A stretch of 64,000 nucleotides of DNA, taken from positions 7,812,001-7,876,000 of the forward strand of contig OX597819.1 in assembly GCA_951406725.2 (NCBI GenBank). The letters run 5' to 3'. The position numbers and the translations under genes were made by a program. Shown piece by piece: positions 14,130 through 27,560 of this stretch. Below the pieces are notes generated by a model that was given only the letters and a program-made list of their open reading frames with translations, was not told where the DNA came from and did no database searches. The stretch is from Octopus vulgaris (taxonomy: Eukaryota). How positions within the stretch are numbered: the stretch's first letter is position 1; the number at the start of each line of letters is the position of its first letter.

Positions 14130-14500
14130 GATAAAGATAACTTAGATAAACTTAGATATGTTTCGACCAAAGATTGGTCCAGGCCATGTCTAACTTAATA
14201 GCACCACCTGACAGGATTATTCGAATCCTGTTTAAGTCAAGTTTTGTTTAAGTCAAGTTTTGTTCAAGTAGTGAGTTCTTGTTGGGTGAGTTGCATCCAA
14301 TTATGGGTGGCTTATCTGGTATTCTTTGAAGGAATCTATCCAGACACCGTTTAAAGTTGATGGGATCCTTTTCCTCTTTGATCTCCCTCAGGACAATGTT
14401 AAATAGGGCAGGGCCTGTTGAGGAAAAGAAATTATGTTGCAGTGTACATGTATGTTGTGATCTTGAATTGGGCAGGGGACGTATAGCCCGTGGTCCCAGC
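14130..14500 (-). mobile_element. 3' end of a LINE (CR1/L2/Jockey-group-like)
   Basis: Minus translation ...HNFFSSTGPALFNIV..FKRCLDRFLQRIPDKP, a typical LINE ORF2 C-terminus; 3' stem-loop and short tandem-repeat tail. Confidence 0.7.
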
Positions 14501-14992
14501 CGAAAAAAAAGACAATAATTGTCAATAAACCATTATAATTTATGCGTCTCGGAACAAACCGATAGAAATCTCTAAAAAATTCGTTATTACCGTATTGGTC
14601 CAATTTCGGGGTTAATTCGTTATTTCGGGAAATTTTTTTTATCCTACCTTAGTTATAAATTGAATAGTGTTCACTTCCGGATTCTATCACTCTGTGAAAG
14701 TTTCTAGTTCGAATCACACGTGTCTCGAGATGTGCCGAAGATTTTTCTATTTTGGATATATTTGGGGTACTTAGTTCAGCTCGGGAGTTGGTGCTTGCTT
14801 TTTCTGTGGGTATGAATAAGTATTTCACTTATATCTCGCGTATGTGCCGCTGAAGAGAGGAAAATTTCTTACGAATTAACCCCGAAATTGGACCAATACG
14901 GTAATAACGAATTTTTTAGAGATTTCTATCGGTTTGTTTCGAGACGCATAAATTATAATGGTTTATTGGCAATTATTGTCTTTTTTTTCGGC
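14500..14992 (+). mobile_element. PLE-like non-autonomous element with inverted arms of about 120 bp (14500-14620 and 14871-14991)
   Basis: Inverted repeat seen directly; contains a hammerhead motif. Confidence 0.65.
14845..14903 (+). ncRNA. Type I hammerhead ribozyme motif
   Basis: tgccg-CTGAAGA-gagg..cccc-GAAA-ttggaccaa-TA-cggta; canonical core, stem I pairs, near-palindromic stem III. Confidence 0.7.
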
Positions 14993-15125
14993 ATATTTGG
15001 CATTAGAATTTTTCTTTTGCCCTTATCTTGTAAATTATTTATAAATTTAACCTTTAAAGGTATTTTTTGATATGCTGGCCATTGATAACATTTTTTACCG
15101 AAAAAAATGTTATCCTACATTAATT

Positions 15126-15172
<47 letters not shown>

Positions 15173-15176
<4 letters not shown>

Positions 15177-15224
15177 GTGGTGCCCCAGCATGGCCACGGC
15201 CTTCGGGCTAAAACATTTTAAAGG

Positions 15225-15277
<53 letters not shown>

Positions 15278-15325
15278 GTGGTGCCCCAGCATGGCCGCGG
15301 CATTCGGGCTAAAACATTTTAAAGG

Positions 15326-15329
<4 letters not shown>
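15173..15329 (+). repeat. Two tandem 55-bp retroelement 3'-tail fragments separated by (TA)n
   Basis: gcagtggtgccccagcatggcc.cggc.ttcgggctaaaacattttaaaggattt occurs twice; resembles the SINE B tail. Confidence 0.75.
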
Positions 15330-15378
<49 letters not shown>

Positions 15379-15403
15379 CATATATATTTATATGTATGTA
15401 TAA

Positions 15404-15471
<68 letters not shown>

Positions 15472-15569
15472 TGATAAAACAGTAAGATAACAAAAGAAAG
15501 AAAGAGACCTCAATATTATGTAAATAGAGGAAATTTATCTATACAATATGTTACATTACTCGGTAGTCA

Positions 15570-15632
15570 AGATAAAACTCTGAGTTTCAGATGCCGAAGT
15601 CGAAATCCACAACACCATCTCTTCGGTTATCT
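15570..15632 (-). ncRNA. Type I hammerhead motif in the PLE 3' region (CCGAAGA core)
   Basis: Reverse-complement copy of 17986-18048. Confidence 0.7.
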
Positions 15633-15825
15633 GGCTATTTGAAAACGTTATGAAAAAATACCGTTAAATAAAGGGAAATTACTCTGTTATAACTCTGCTT
15701 GCCTGCGTACTTATACATCGCTCGCATTTTTCGTCATAAAAATTATATAAAGATATATAAAAAATATATAAAAAATATATAAAAATATATAAATTCTTCT
15801 TGGGACATAACATAGAAAGCATGTT

Positions 15826-17350
15826 CTATCTGTTTTCTTTAGGGGACCAAAAACGTAACAGAAATTTAGTCACATGTGGGCATGATCCGAAAAGCTCTGT
15901 CCTTGTATTTAGACATGTAGTAGGGTCTAAGCTGCTTTTCCAGATAAGCCATCTCTCCATGTCGCATAGACCGCACCTTCCGCTGCCGTTAGTATAGGGC
16001 TTACATCTGGCCAAAACCTTCCATTGTATGTTATAATCGACACCTTTATCTCTTAAAGACCAAATATGATTAGACAATTGTGTCGCTTTTCTTTTGTTCC
16101 AGTGCCTAAAGCTCAAAGTGTGATTATTGAACCTGGCCTTGAAATTACCCTCTGTAAGGCCCACGTATTTCTTCGTCGAAACGGTGTCTTTAGTGGTTAT
16201 AGAGTTTACGGTAGCTTCATATATGATGGTCTTGGACATGCAAGCTCCATTTAGCGGGCACAATTCTTTATTCCTGCATGAACAGCTGTTTTCTTCTTGT
16301 GTTTTTTGTATGTCATGTTTGATTATATTTTTTAAATTGGTAGTTGAACTAAAGCTAATTTTTAAATTGTGTCTATTGAAGAGTTTCCTATAAGTATGGT
16401 TAACTGGAAAATGTCTATCTATCAGTGCTAGGAAATATTTACCTATATTGAAGGCCACCTCGGGTGAGTAAGGGGGCGTAAACCAGATGACCTTCCTATT
16501 TCTATTATTCCTTTTCCTTACTGTTGGGCTAGTGATAGGTGTATATTTTATTTTATCGCTAAAACCACTATCTTTTAAAGCCTTATTATAAACTGGGGCA
16601 ACGCTATTGAAGATGTCCTCATCAGATGAGAGGCTAGAAATCCTCTTACTAATATTTTTAACTAAATTTTTGAATACTATAGGGGGATGGCATGAACCTA
16701 CATTAATATAACTTAGTCTATCATTGGGCTTCCTATAAGGCTTATAAATATTCTTATTAAGATCTAAGGAAACGTCTAAGAAATTGACAACCGTATCTAT
16801 AGTTATACTAAGTCCGAAGTGTTTCATTAACTGGATAATATCCTTCCTAAAACGATCTTGTGCTGGTCCATTTGTATTAGCTGTTAAGGCGAGGACATCA
16901 TCTTTGTAGATGGCGAAATGTACGTTAGGGAATGTCTTACCTAAGGTATCTACGAGAAAAAGTCCAATTAGATCACAGATGCCTGCCCCATCATATGAAC
17001 CCATGCTCACATCGAAAGCGCCCTCTGTGTCGGTGTTTTTACCCACTTTGCGTTCTCACTGAAAAGTAATGTCTTTCTAGTATGGAAGATTATATCCTTA
17101 TCATTGGTACTAATTTCTATGAAGTCACTAGCGAAGATGAGGGCTTTATCTAGCAGGTCTTTAGAGATAGAGGCATAAAAATCAACAATATCGAATTGTG
17201 TAAACCTCGCTTTTTTCTTATTCTTAGTAGCTTTAAACCAGTCTACGACTTCTATACTATTGGACCATTGTACTAGCCTAGTATCGGTCTTAATTTTCGT
17301 ATTTATTTTATCTGAAATTTCTTTGCTTATAATCCCAAGTTCTGACTTGG
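15826..17350 (-). pseudogene. PLE reverse transcriptase - Cys linker - GIY-YIG endonuclease (partial, frameshift near 17045)
   Basis: FDIVDFYASIS, DVSMGSYDGAGICDLIG, YKDD, FLDVSL, YKPYRKPN, CSCRNKELCPLNGAC linker, IIYEA..KYVGLT..FKARFNNH, CGLCDME. Confidence 0.9.
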
Positions 17351-17985
17351 CTGGAGCTTGCATGTCCAAGACCATCATATATGAAGCTACCGTAAACTCT
17401 ATAACCACTAAACCACTATAACCACTAAAGACACCGTTTCTACGAAGAAATACGTGGGGCTTACAGAGGGTAATTTCAAGGCCAGGTTCAATAACCACAC
17501 TTTGAGCTTTAGGCACTGGAACAAAAGAAAAGCGACACAATTGTCTAATCATATTTGGTCTTTAAGAGATAAAGGTGTCGATTATAACATACAATGGAAG
17601 GTTTTGGCCAGATGTAAGCCCTATACTAACGGCAGCGGAAGGTGCGGTCTATGCGACATGGAGAGATGGCTTATCTGGAAAAGCAGCTTAGACCCTACTA
17701 CATGTCTAAATACAAGGACAGAGCTTTTCGGATCATGCCCACATGTGACTAAATTTCTGTTACGTTTTTGGTCCCCTAAAGAAAACAGATAGAACATGCT
17801 TTCTATGTTATGTCCCAAGAAGAATTTATATATTTTTATATATTTTTTATATATTTTTTATATATCTTTATATAATTTTTATGACGAAAAATGCGAGCGA
17901 TGTATAAGTACGCAGGCAAGCAGAGTTATAACAGAGTAATTTCCCTTTATTTAACGGTATTTTTTCATAACGTTTTCAAATAGCC

Positions 17986-18048
17986 AGATAACCGAAGAGA
18001 TGGTGTTGTGGATTTCGACTTCGGCATCTGAAACTCAGAGTTTTATCT
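17986..18048 (+). ncRNA. Type I hammerhead motif in the PLE 3' region (CCGAAGA core)
   Basis: agataa-CCGAAGA-gatg..catc-t-GAAA-ctcagag-TT-ttatct; perfect 6-bp stem I and near-palindromic stem III. Confidence 0.7.
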
Positions 18049-18084
18049 TGACTACCGAGTAATGTAACATATTGTATAGATACA

Positions 18085-18116
<32 letters not shown>

Positions 18117-18150
18117 AATATATACATACATACATACATACATACATACA

Positions 18151-18734
<584 letters not shown>

Positions 18735-18744
18735 TATATATATA

Positions 18745-19006
18745 ACGGAATACCAAAAATGGGACAAGAACTCAAAGCATCCAGACAGTTAGATGAAACA
18801 AAAAAGGGACAACAAAGCATCCAGACAGACGATACAAAAAAAAAAAAGAAACAAGGACGGGTCATTCAGAGTTTTCTTTCTTCAGTCGAGTTCCAGATTA
18901 TCTTTGCAATTTCGGCTGGTTATACTTGAGATTGCTCCAATCTGGCCAACCCAAAGGAAAGACTAAGTTAAGAGCACTAGAATCCCTGGAAAAAAGCAGC
19001 GAATGG
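18745..19006. repeat. Unclassified interspersed repeat, second copy at about 20015-20225
   Basis: Direct similarity (catccaga.agacgataca..ccagattatctttgcaatttcggctg..gcagcgaatg). Confidence 0.65.
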
Positions 19007-19371
19007 TCCAGGAGATAGATGGTAAATGTTTTCATTTTTTTCATTCCCTTCGAAGTTTTATCCCTAATAGTGGTTTGAACTTTGGCTGTTCCCTCTAGCG
19101 TGCCATGAATCCTATGGCGGATACATACCTCTTATGTGTTTAAATGTACACTGTACTTATATGAATAATGTATAAGCTATTGACTAATTTTCCTACACAC
19201 TAGGCCACTGGTAGTAAAGATTTCTAAAATCTTTATTACCCTGATATTATTATTAAATTTATACATACATACATACATACATACATACATACATACATAC
19301 ATAAATACATACATGCATACATACATACATACAAACATACATACATACATACATACATATACATATATATA

Positions 19372-19850
19372 TACTGAACTAATAGATGAATGCATGGTCG
19401 TGTTATAGCAAGTATGAGTGTATATCTTTTAATATATAGATCAGTTTTCTCAGTTTTATATATACCCCACAAATATAATTTAATTCTCACTTCATTCCTA
19501 TTGAACTTTATCTAAATTGTTATTTCCTCTTTAAACTCTATTTATTTACTATTTATTACCCTAATTATATTTAGGGTAATGAATAATGAATAAATACTAT
19601 ATCTTGCCTCACAACTAAACTGTAACCCCCTCGCCTAGGCATATACCATTACTAATCATAAACATTATTAAAAATAACGCACAAAATATCTAAGGGTATA
19701 TATATTTTCTCCTGAAGAGATTAAGGTCAGAAATATATTATTTTAATACTTATTTAACTTCACTAAGCTTAACTGAAATAGCTATAAGGGATAATGATCG
19801 ATATTTTGCTCATAATAAACTCTTATTAACTTAAATATCTCTATTTTCTT
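19372..19850 (+). mobile_element. Putative non-autonomous PLE-derived repeat
   Basis: Inverted homolog of 12661-13145; bounded by microsatellites; carries a hammerhead. Confidence 0.6.
19707..19791 (+). ncRNA. Type I hammerhead motif with a long stem II loop
   Basis: ttctc-CTGAAGA-gattaag..cttaac-t-GAAA-tagcta-TA-aggga; palindromic ATAGCTAT stem III. Confidence 0.6.
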
Positions 19851-19854
19851 ATTC

Positions 19855-19947
<93 letters not shown>

Positions 19948-20691
19948 TATATATATATAAATATGTATATATATTACATACGTATATGTATATATATATA
20001 CATATGTATGTATATAAAATACAAAATGGAACAACAAAACATCCAGATAGACGATACAAAGAAAACAAGAACAGGTCATTCGAAGTTTCTTTTCCTCAGA
20101 GAAGCACCAGATTATCTTTGCAATTTCGGCTGATTATACTTGAAATTGCTAATATCTGGCCAGCCCCAAGGAAAAACTAAGCAAAGAGCATTAGATTCCT
20201 TGGAAGAAAGCAGCGAATGTATACGACAAACAAGGACGGAAAAAACGGACAATGTTACACAAATACAAATACAATAAAAATAACAGGACATAACAATAGG
20301 TGTTTTTCGACTAAGGACGAATTGAATTAAGCTGGTGCGTGTGGAAATGAAGCCTTACGGCAGAGATACAAGACTTTCACAAACACAGGGAAGAATATCG
20401 ATGTTGCACAAACAACGGCCAGACCAAGAAAGTTCCCCACTGCTGCTTGAAAACCGATGCTAGTCTGTTTACTTCCCTGTAATAAAGAGAATAAATACCA
20501 AACTTTTAAAGAAAATATGTACTGGAGGCCATTTGTTCGACGAAATCCTTGAAGGCGGTGCTCCAGCAGGGGTGCAATCCAGCGTGTGAAACAATAAAAA
20601 ATAATCATCTGTTATGTTTGTATATAACCAACAATTGCATGGATGTAACTCAAGATGTGTCTATAACCATATAGTCTGTAGAGTCACGAGC

Positions 20692-21080
20692 GTGGAGGCG
20701 CAATGGCCCAGTGGTTAGGGCTGCGGACTCGCGGTCATAGGATCGCGGTTTCGATTCCCAGACCGGGCGTTGTGAGTGTTTATTGGGCGAAAACACCTAA
20801 AGCTCCACGAGGCTCCGGCAGGGGATGGTGGTGATCCCTGCTGTACTCTTTCACCACAACTTTCTTTCACTCTTACTTCCTATTTCTGTTGTACCTGTAT
20901 TTCAAGGGGCCGGCCTTGTCACTCTCTGTGTCACGCTGAATATCTCCGAGAACTACGTTAAGGGTGCACGTGTCTGTGGAGTGCTCAGCCACTTACACGT
21001 TAATTTCACGAGCAGGCTGTTCCGTTGATTCGGATCAACCGGAACCCTCATCGTCGTAACCGACGGAGTGCTTCCATCCC
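20692..21080 (+). mobile_element. SINE family A
   Basis: Matches consensus; TSD agagtcacgagc at 20680-20691 and 21081-21092. Confidence 0.92.
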
Positions 21081-21489
21081 AGAGTCACGAGCAAACACAG
21101 ACACGCTCTCGAGCCTCTCTTGACCTAGTACAACATCAAGACAGGGGCAGCTGGAGTCAGAGTGGGTCACCCCAACACTCGACTGGTATTCATTTCAGCT
21201 GAGTGAACTGGACAACGTGAAATAAAAATACCTTACTTAAGAACACAATACGCCTCGAAACCACAATCATAGGATTGTGAAAAGAACACTTTATCTCTTA
21301 CGTAACGCGCTTTTACAGTTTAGGTGTTTTGGTGCTATCCAATTATATGATAATGCAGAAAGAATCTCTTGGGAAATTTCCTCAGTCTTATTCCCGGAAG
21401 TGGGTCAGTAGAAAATACGTTTGATATTTAGAAACGATAGCTTACATCCTGAGATGAAAAACGGTCGATGTTGGGATGCGACGTACTGC

Positions 21490-22081
21490 GCCCTTAAATA
21501 TGGTTTCTGATTATAAATATCTTGGGTCATACATATCATCATCTGGAAAAGACTTTCTAACTAGAAAGGGTATGACCTGGTCATCCTGTAATGACATGCG
21601 TAAGATCTGGTCATCAAATCTAAGTAGAGACTTCAAACTTGAAATCTTCAAAGCCACAGTCGAACCAATTCTACTATATGGCTCAGAAACCTGGACGTTA
21701 TCAAAGAAGCTTGAGAGGCGGTTGGATGGAACCTACACTCGCCTCCTTATGAGAGCTCAAAATCTCTCGTGGAAGCGCCATCCAACCAAAATGCAAATAT
21801 ATGGGAAACTACCACCTGTGTCATCTCTTGTGAAAGGTAGGAGTCCAGTTTGCTGGACATTGTTGTAGAGCTGAAAAAGAGGTAATTTCTACTCTTCTCC
21901 TCTGGAAGCCATCTACTCGCAATACCAGAGGGCGCACACTCTCCTACCCTGATGTAATCTCCAGGGATACAGGCATCCAGCAACAGGACCTCCGTAATGC
22001 TATGATGGACCGTGAAGTCTGGCGTAGCATGGTAAATTCCATTGTCTCGACCATGGTCGAACAATGATGATGATGATGATG
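21490..22081 (+). mobile_element. RTE-group LINE, 5'-truncated 3' end
   Basis: YKYLGS, ILLYGSETWTL and, after a frameshift, FAGHC..DREVWR; (TGA)n tail. Confidence 0.85.
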
Positions 22082-22099
22082 TGACACATTCTCCTACTA

Positions 22100-22930
22100 G
22101 ACCTTTGCAGCATCTGCTACAAACCCAGGTGTCACCCTCAGTAATACAGAAGAGAGAAAAATTAATAAATACAGGGGCCTGGCCATCCACTATCAGTTTG
22201 TACCGGTCGCTGTCGAGACGTTAGGTATTCTAGGACAGTGCTCCGCAACCTTTTTTTCACTTGCGGTACTCTTTTACTCTTTTACTCTTTTACTTGTTTC
22301 AGTCATTTGACTGTGGCCATGCTGGAGCACCGCCTTTAATCGAGCAACTCGACCCCGGGACTTATTCTTTTGTAAGCCCAGTACTTATTCTATCGGTCTC
22401 TTTTACCGAACCGCTAAGTAACGGGGACATAAACACACCAGCATTGGTTGTCAAGCAATGCTAGGGGGACAAACACGCATATACATATATATACATATAT
22501 ACGACGGGCTTCTTTCAGTTTCCGTCTACCAAATCCACTCACAAAGCTTTGGTCAGCCCGAGGCCATAGTAGAAGACACTTGCCCAAGGTGCCACGCAGT
22601 GGGACTGAACCTGGAACCATGTGGTTGGTAAACAAGCTACTTACCACACAGCCACTCCTGCGCCTATATTCTTTTCAAAATTCGGCGGCACAACTGAATT
22701 AAAAATATAACTAAAAGTATAGGAGAAAAGAAATATATTCAGTTTACACTGCGGCACACCTAGCATCCTCTCGTAGCATAACCAGTGTACCATATCGGTT
22801 GCGACGATGCTACTGATTACCCCCCACAAAATAAGGACAACGACGGACCGTCTGAGAAATGAGCTCTGCGAGGTGGGGTGGCTGATACTGCAGCGAGTGT
22901 CGCTGGCCATTCTCTCTGCGGCAACGTCAT
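22100..22930 (+). mobile_element. Fragments of a REL-endonuclease LINE (CRE-like), split by a SINE
   Basis: 22120-22260 translates to EERKINKYRGLAIHYQFVPVAVETLGILG; 22850-22925 gives WLILQRVSLAIL. Confidence 0.6.
22268..22665 (-). mobile_element. SINE family B
   Basis: Matches consensus. Confidence 0.9.
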
Positions 22931-23286
22931 CGTGGTCATTACCACGAGACGCGGCTGAGCACACTATTTGTTCCTGGGTATGTGGCCCATTGACCCCCCT
23001 CTTCCGCTTTTTAAAAACATTATTATTTAAATGTCCTCATAAAATAAAAGCGCATTTATTTAAAATAACATAAAGACAATAAAGTAGTTGCCAAGTACTT
23101 AGGTATCTCACACGTGAATGTATAACACGTGAATCTATAACGTATCTCACACGTGAATGGAATCATAATAGGTGACTAATACGATCCAATTCTACGCTCG
23201 AAAATAAATGGAAAAATAACATACCGAAGTAAGCTAATCTGCAGCAACTTATCAAAGGAGTTAAAATAGAGGCCACTGCCAGGCAA

Positions 23287-23358
23287 TCCTCGGTAGTATA
23301 GTGGTAAGTATCCCCGCCTGTCACGCGGGAGACCGGGGTTCGATTCCCCGCCGGGGAG
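23287..23358 (+). tRNA. tRNA-Asp (GTC)
   Basis: 72 nt TCCTCGGTAGTATAGTGG...CTGTCAC...GGTTCGATTCC...GGGGAG; complete cloverleaf; T-run downstream. Confidence 0.95.
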
Positions 23359-23542
23359 GCTACTTTCCTTTTAATTCCATTAACTTTTTTTTTTCATTTT
23401 TTTCTTGTATTACTCTTTATATATAATTTGGGTGAATTTTTAGTTCGATGGATAGAATATAACTTTCGCTATTTGTACATGTTCACTGCGCTCTGAGTTC
23501 GAATCTCCTGAAGTCAACCTTGCATTTTATCTCTACCTTGCA

Positions 23543-23690
23543 TTCTTCTTCTTCTTCTTCTTCTTCTTCTTCTTCTTCTTCTTCTTCTTCTTCTTCTTCT
23601 TCTTCTTCTTCTTCTTCTTCTTCTTCTTCTTCTTCTTCTTCTTCTTCTTCTTCTTCTTCTTCTTCTTCTTCTTCTTCTTCTTCTTCTTCT
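23543..23690. repeat. (TTC)n microsatellite
   Basis: Seen directly. Confidence 0.95.
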
Positions 23691-23726
23691 ATGAAAGGAG
23701 TTAAAATAGAAGCTTTCATCGTCCTT

Positions 23727-23794
23727 TCCTAGGTAGTATAGTGGTATCCCCGCTTGTCACGCGGGAGACCGGGGTTCGACTCCCCACCGTGAAG
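23727..23794 (+). pseudogene. tRNA-Asp pseudogene
   Basis: D-arm deletion and acceptor-stem mismatches; flanks are homologous to those of the 23287 gene. Confidence 0.85.
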
Positions 23795-23859
23795 GCTATT
23801 TAACTTTTTAAATTCCATCAATTTCTCATTTTGCTCTTCCTGTATTACTCTTTTTATAT

Positions 23860-26800
23860 AACAAGCAAACGCCCCCCCCCGCCCCGCATCCACTGGACGG
23901 TATAAGTTCGTGATAGAACTGGAGTCTAAAATAGTGTAATTCCGCATCTGTCTATACTTAAAATTGAGGGTTATTTGACATAGTTGAGACGTTTAATCAA
24001 AGATAAATGGTATTCAAAAAGGAACATGTTTTATTTGCAGATATCAGGTATTATAATGTGAAAATATAGAATAATTATTGTTCGGAATGCCGTTAATTGA
24101 CTGGGTGGCTGAAGAATCGGTACAAAAAAGCATACACGACATTTCTATGGACATGAAGTCAATCTGTAAGTAATATGTTTAATTGCAATATGAAATTATC
24201 TGAGGCATCTGGGAAGCTGTGCATTGAAATGAAAAAAATGCTTGACTTTAACACGGGCATTTGTTGGAAGATTAACCTAACCTATCGTGAGAAGTAAATA
24301 AACGCAATAAAGGCTAACCTGAAGAGGATTTCAACTCAACGGAAAAACTATTGGAGGGTTGCCTTGTAAACCACGTTTTTTGTTAATCTTTCGGGAGCGT
24401 AGTAGAAGAGATTGGCCAAGTTTCCAACTCTGGAACACCCCACGTATAGCTGTCCGTGTGAAAAGCATGGTTTACTGAGGTCCATCCCGACCACTTTTAG
24501 TGACTCACCTTGGGCTTTGTTAATGGTCATAACAAAGCTTAATCGAATGGGGCATTGGACTCTTTTCATTGCAAAGACGCAATCAGTCGGAATAAGTGGA
24601 ACTCGGGGAATAAAAGCAGACTCGCCAGTGCCTTTTCCTGTGATGATTGTGGCTTCAAGAACGGTATCCAAGATTTGCTTAACAGCCAAACGTGTGCCAT
24701 TGCAAAGTCGAGTAGACTCCAAATTCCTCAAGAGGACAACCAAGTTTGAGGCTAAGTTTATGCAGTGGCGTAAAAAAAAAAGAACTCTCTTGTGATCAAT
24801 AACTGAATCAACCGAAGCGTAGCATCGCTCTTGGGTAGGAAATTGACAAAGCAGACATGTGTTTAGGGCTCGGACGGTGGCATCTGTTGGACCTAAGATG
24901 GATCTTTCAGACATCCGTTCATGACTGATGTAATTAGTAGAGAGCTTGGGGTAAACTGTTGTGCATAGCTCCTCAGGAGACGTAGTTACTGATGATACTT
25001 ATGTCAGCCAAACCGTTTACGTCGAGTGGTAAGCTCCCATTACCGACATCCAGTAACTTTGAAGTAAAGGAATTGCCATCGTCTTGTTGGTGGAGAATGG
25101 AACGCATGTTTATGGTTAACATTCTCGACTGGACACAGCACCAAAGATAAGAATCTTTAACACAATTCATCGGCTGGTGTGCCTTTTGGGATAATAGGAA
25201 GGGTTTGACGAAAGTCCCCAGTAAGACTAACGACGCCTCCGAACGGTTTAGAGTTGGAGTGCAGGTCTTGTAGCGTTGTGTCGATTGCATTAAGTGCATT
25301 CTTGTGGGACATTGTTGCCTCATCCCAGACAATCAATTTGCATTTTTGAAAGACAACTACCTCATCAGAATTCTTGTTTATTTTGGCGGTAGGATTTTCA
25401 ACATGGCTGATGTGAAGGGGAAGCTTAAATGTTGAATGGACTGTTCGGCCACCGTCTAGTAGTGTTGATGCTATTCCTGAAGACGTCATTGCAATGGCAG
25501 TCTGTCCACTTTGGCGAATTTTGGCGAAGGAGGTTGAAGAGAAATGTCTTTCCTGTGCCACCTAGCGCAACAAGGAAAGGGATGCCATCTGTAGTGTCTT
25601 CAAGCATTGTCAAAGTAGAATTATAGACAACAGCTTGTTCAGGATTCAAAAGTTTTTCTCTTTCTTCAACGTAGGATAGAAGCCTGGCAGCGTCGTAGCA
25701 TGTCTCCTTAGTAAGTGCCAGTTACAAAGCGCCTCATTCTTTCTGTATGAGGATTCGACACAGTAGTTGTTCAAAGGACGACCACCTATTTCCAAAAGTG
25801 TATCTTCTAGGAGTATGCGGCCACAGTTGTACATTGCAGGTAAACTGTAAAATCATGTCTTCTGATGCGTAGCGAGATTGCATAAGGATATCCAAGCACA
25901 TGCTGTCGCAATATTTCTGCCAGAAAGATTGTGGATTCGCAAGACTGCAGTACACCAGCATAACGGCGAAAAGTTTTCGAAGAGCAATGGGGGACTGCAA
26001 CATTGATGCTTCTTGGCGGGCGTGGTCATAGTGGTCATTGTTATCAAGAAGATCTAATTTGGAGTAGGCTTCTTCGAATGTTGAACAAATATGGCCATTA
26101 ACGGTACGAAGGCCTTGAAAGGAAGTTGGACCTTTGACAACGTGCAACAGAAGACACAAGTGAAAGCATTCTGAGTTAAGCGGGTGAACTGTGTACACTC
26201 TTGAGAGGGCATCAGATTCACGCATCGAAGCATCCCTTTCTGAAATGCGCCCTCGCTTTCTTTTTTGCCAACAATGGGAAGATATTCCACGTGTAGAATG
26301 TAGGCAACTCGGCATAAAGAAGTCTTCTGGCAAAACAGTCTGAAGTGCAAAGTTCAAAGAATCTGGTCAGGGTCGTTCTTTGAGGCTGGTTTGCACAGTC
26401 AAGTATATTTTCTTGATTCAAGTACACCCACTGCCCATTCTCCAAATGGACATTGAGGTGAATAACTGCTGATTCATGTTCCTGGATCGGAAAACCGAAT
26501 ATGCGCCAAAATGCCTCATTAGTAGAGATATAGCGTCCAGTTTGAAAAAATGTGATCTCATCTGTGGCGGCTTCAGGGTCGCCGGCCTTAGCCAACTCAA
26601 TAACTGCCCGATCGGCTCCCTTATGTACATACTTGCAGATGTATTGAATTGATTTCACAGAGTTGCAGAATTCAACGTTAATGTGGGCCGAAAACATTTT
26701 ACAAGGCACCTTATTATATGGTACCACCAACTGTTGTCAACATTCAATTCTTGACCACCAACCGTTTTTTATTATAGCCGTATGTCCACCCTCCTGCGGT

Positions 26801-27560
26801 GCCCTGCGACGGTATAAAGGATAGCCGTCATCACCAGTCTGGGTGCCATGAATTAGTTTACGTGGGTAACGCTTTGTACACCTTCCATTGTCCATACATT
26901 CAGACCTTGGATTTAGGTGGCCACACGGGCCATGGATCACGCTGGTTTTTACGATTTCAAAAAGGACTAGGTCATCTTGGGGATTTGGCAGTTCTGCACT
27001 GATAACGGGATCGATATCCGTTGACATGGATTTGTTTTGAAGCCAAAGGAGGATATGGGCATGAGGGAGTCCTCTCTTCTACCATTCTACAGTGTACATA
27101 AAGCATCTTAATGGTCCAAAAACATATCCGTGTTTTATACCGTCCATCATTTTCATTAGCTTCAGATGAAACACTCTAGATGTGATATCATGCCTCCTGG
27201 CGAGTACGCCAGAGTTCTACTTGTTGCGCTCTCTATGATGCTCTGGTGACTGCAGTAAAAACAGTATTCCGAGCACTCTGGAGTTCTGCTTGTTGAGCTG
27301 TCTGTGATGTTCTGGTGACTGCAGTAGAAGCACCATTGAGAGCATGCCGAAGTGCACAGTTTTCTTCTGCCTCGCTTGCTCGCAAGGATCGCAAAATGGA
27401 AGGATTTTTTTGTTTTTCTGCCAATGTGACTTTTGTTTTTTCGAGGCATCCTATCGAAAATCTGTAACTGAATGCAAACTGGAAAACTTCAAATGGGATA
27501 TGGGATCCGGCAATATGCGATGTTGACCGATAAAGAAGCAAAATTTGTGGATGAATGAGC
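23860..27560 (-). mobile_element. Helitron relic (Rep-PIF1 helicase pseudogene)
   Basis: Rep motifs VEW*KRGLPHAHILLW, HGPCG..C..C.KRYP and GYPLYRRR. Helicase motifs GGTGKTFL, DEATM, GDFRQTLP, LCNGTRL, MTINKAQG and FSHGQLYVGCSRV. 3' GC hairpin at about 23860-23900. Many frameshifts; the 5' boundary is uncertain. Confidence 0.9.

Larger units (their letters stand above)
15471..18083 (-). mobile_element. Penelope-like retroelement (Neptune-type), 5'-truncated, with an inverted duplicate of its 3' end
   Basis: RT plus GIY-YIG ORF on minus. 17352-18083 (+) is an almost exact inverted copy of about 15535-16249. Inserted in (TA)n. Confidence 0.92.

Noticed and set aside
18860-18960. Possible hammerhead on the minus strand (ggctgg..ccagccGAAAttgcaa; ctgaaga..gaat), also near 20090-20170
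   Set aside because: The core and GAAA elements are not in the right order or spacing, and no stem I could be formed.
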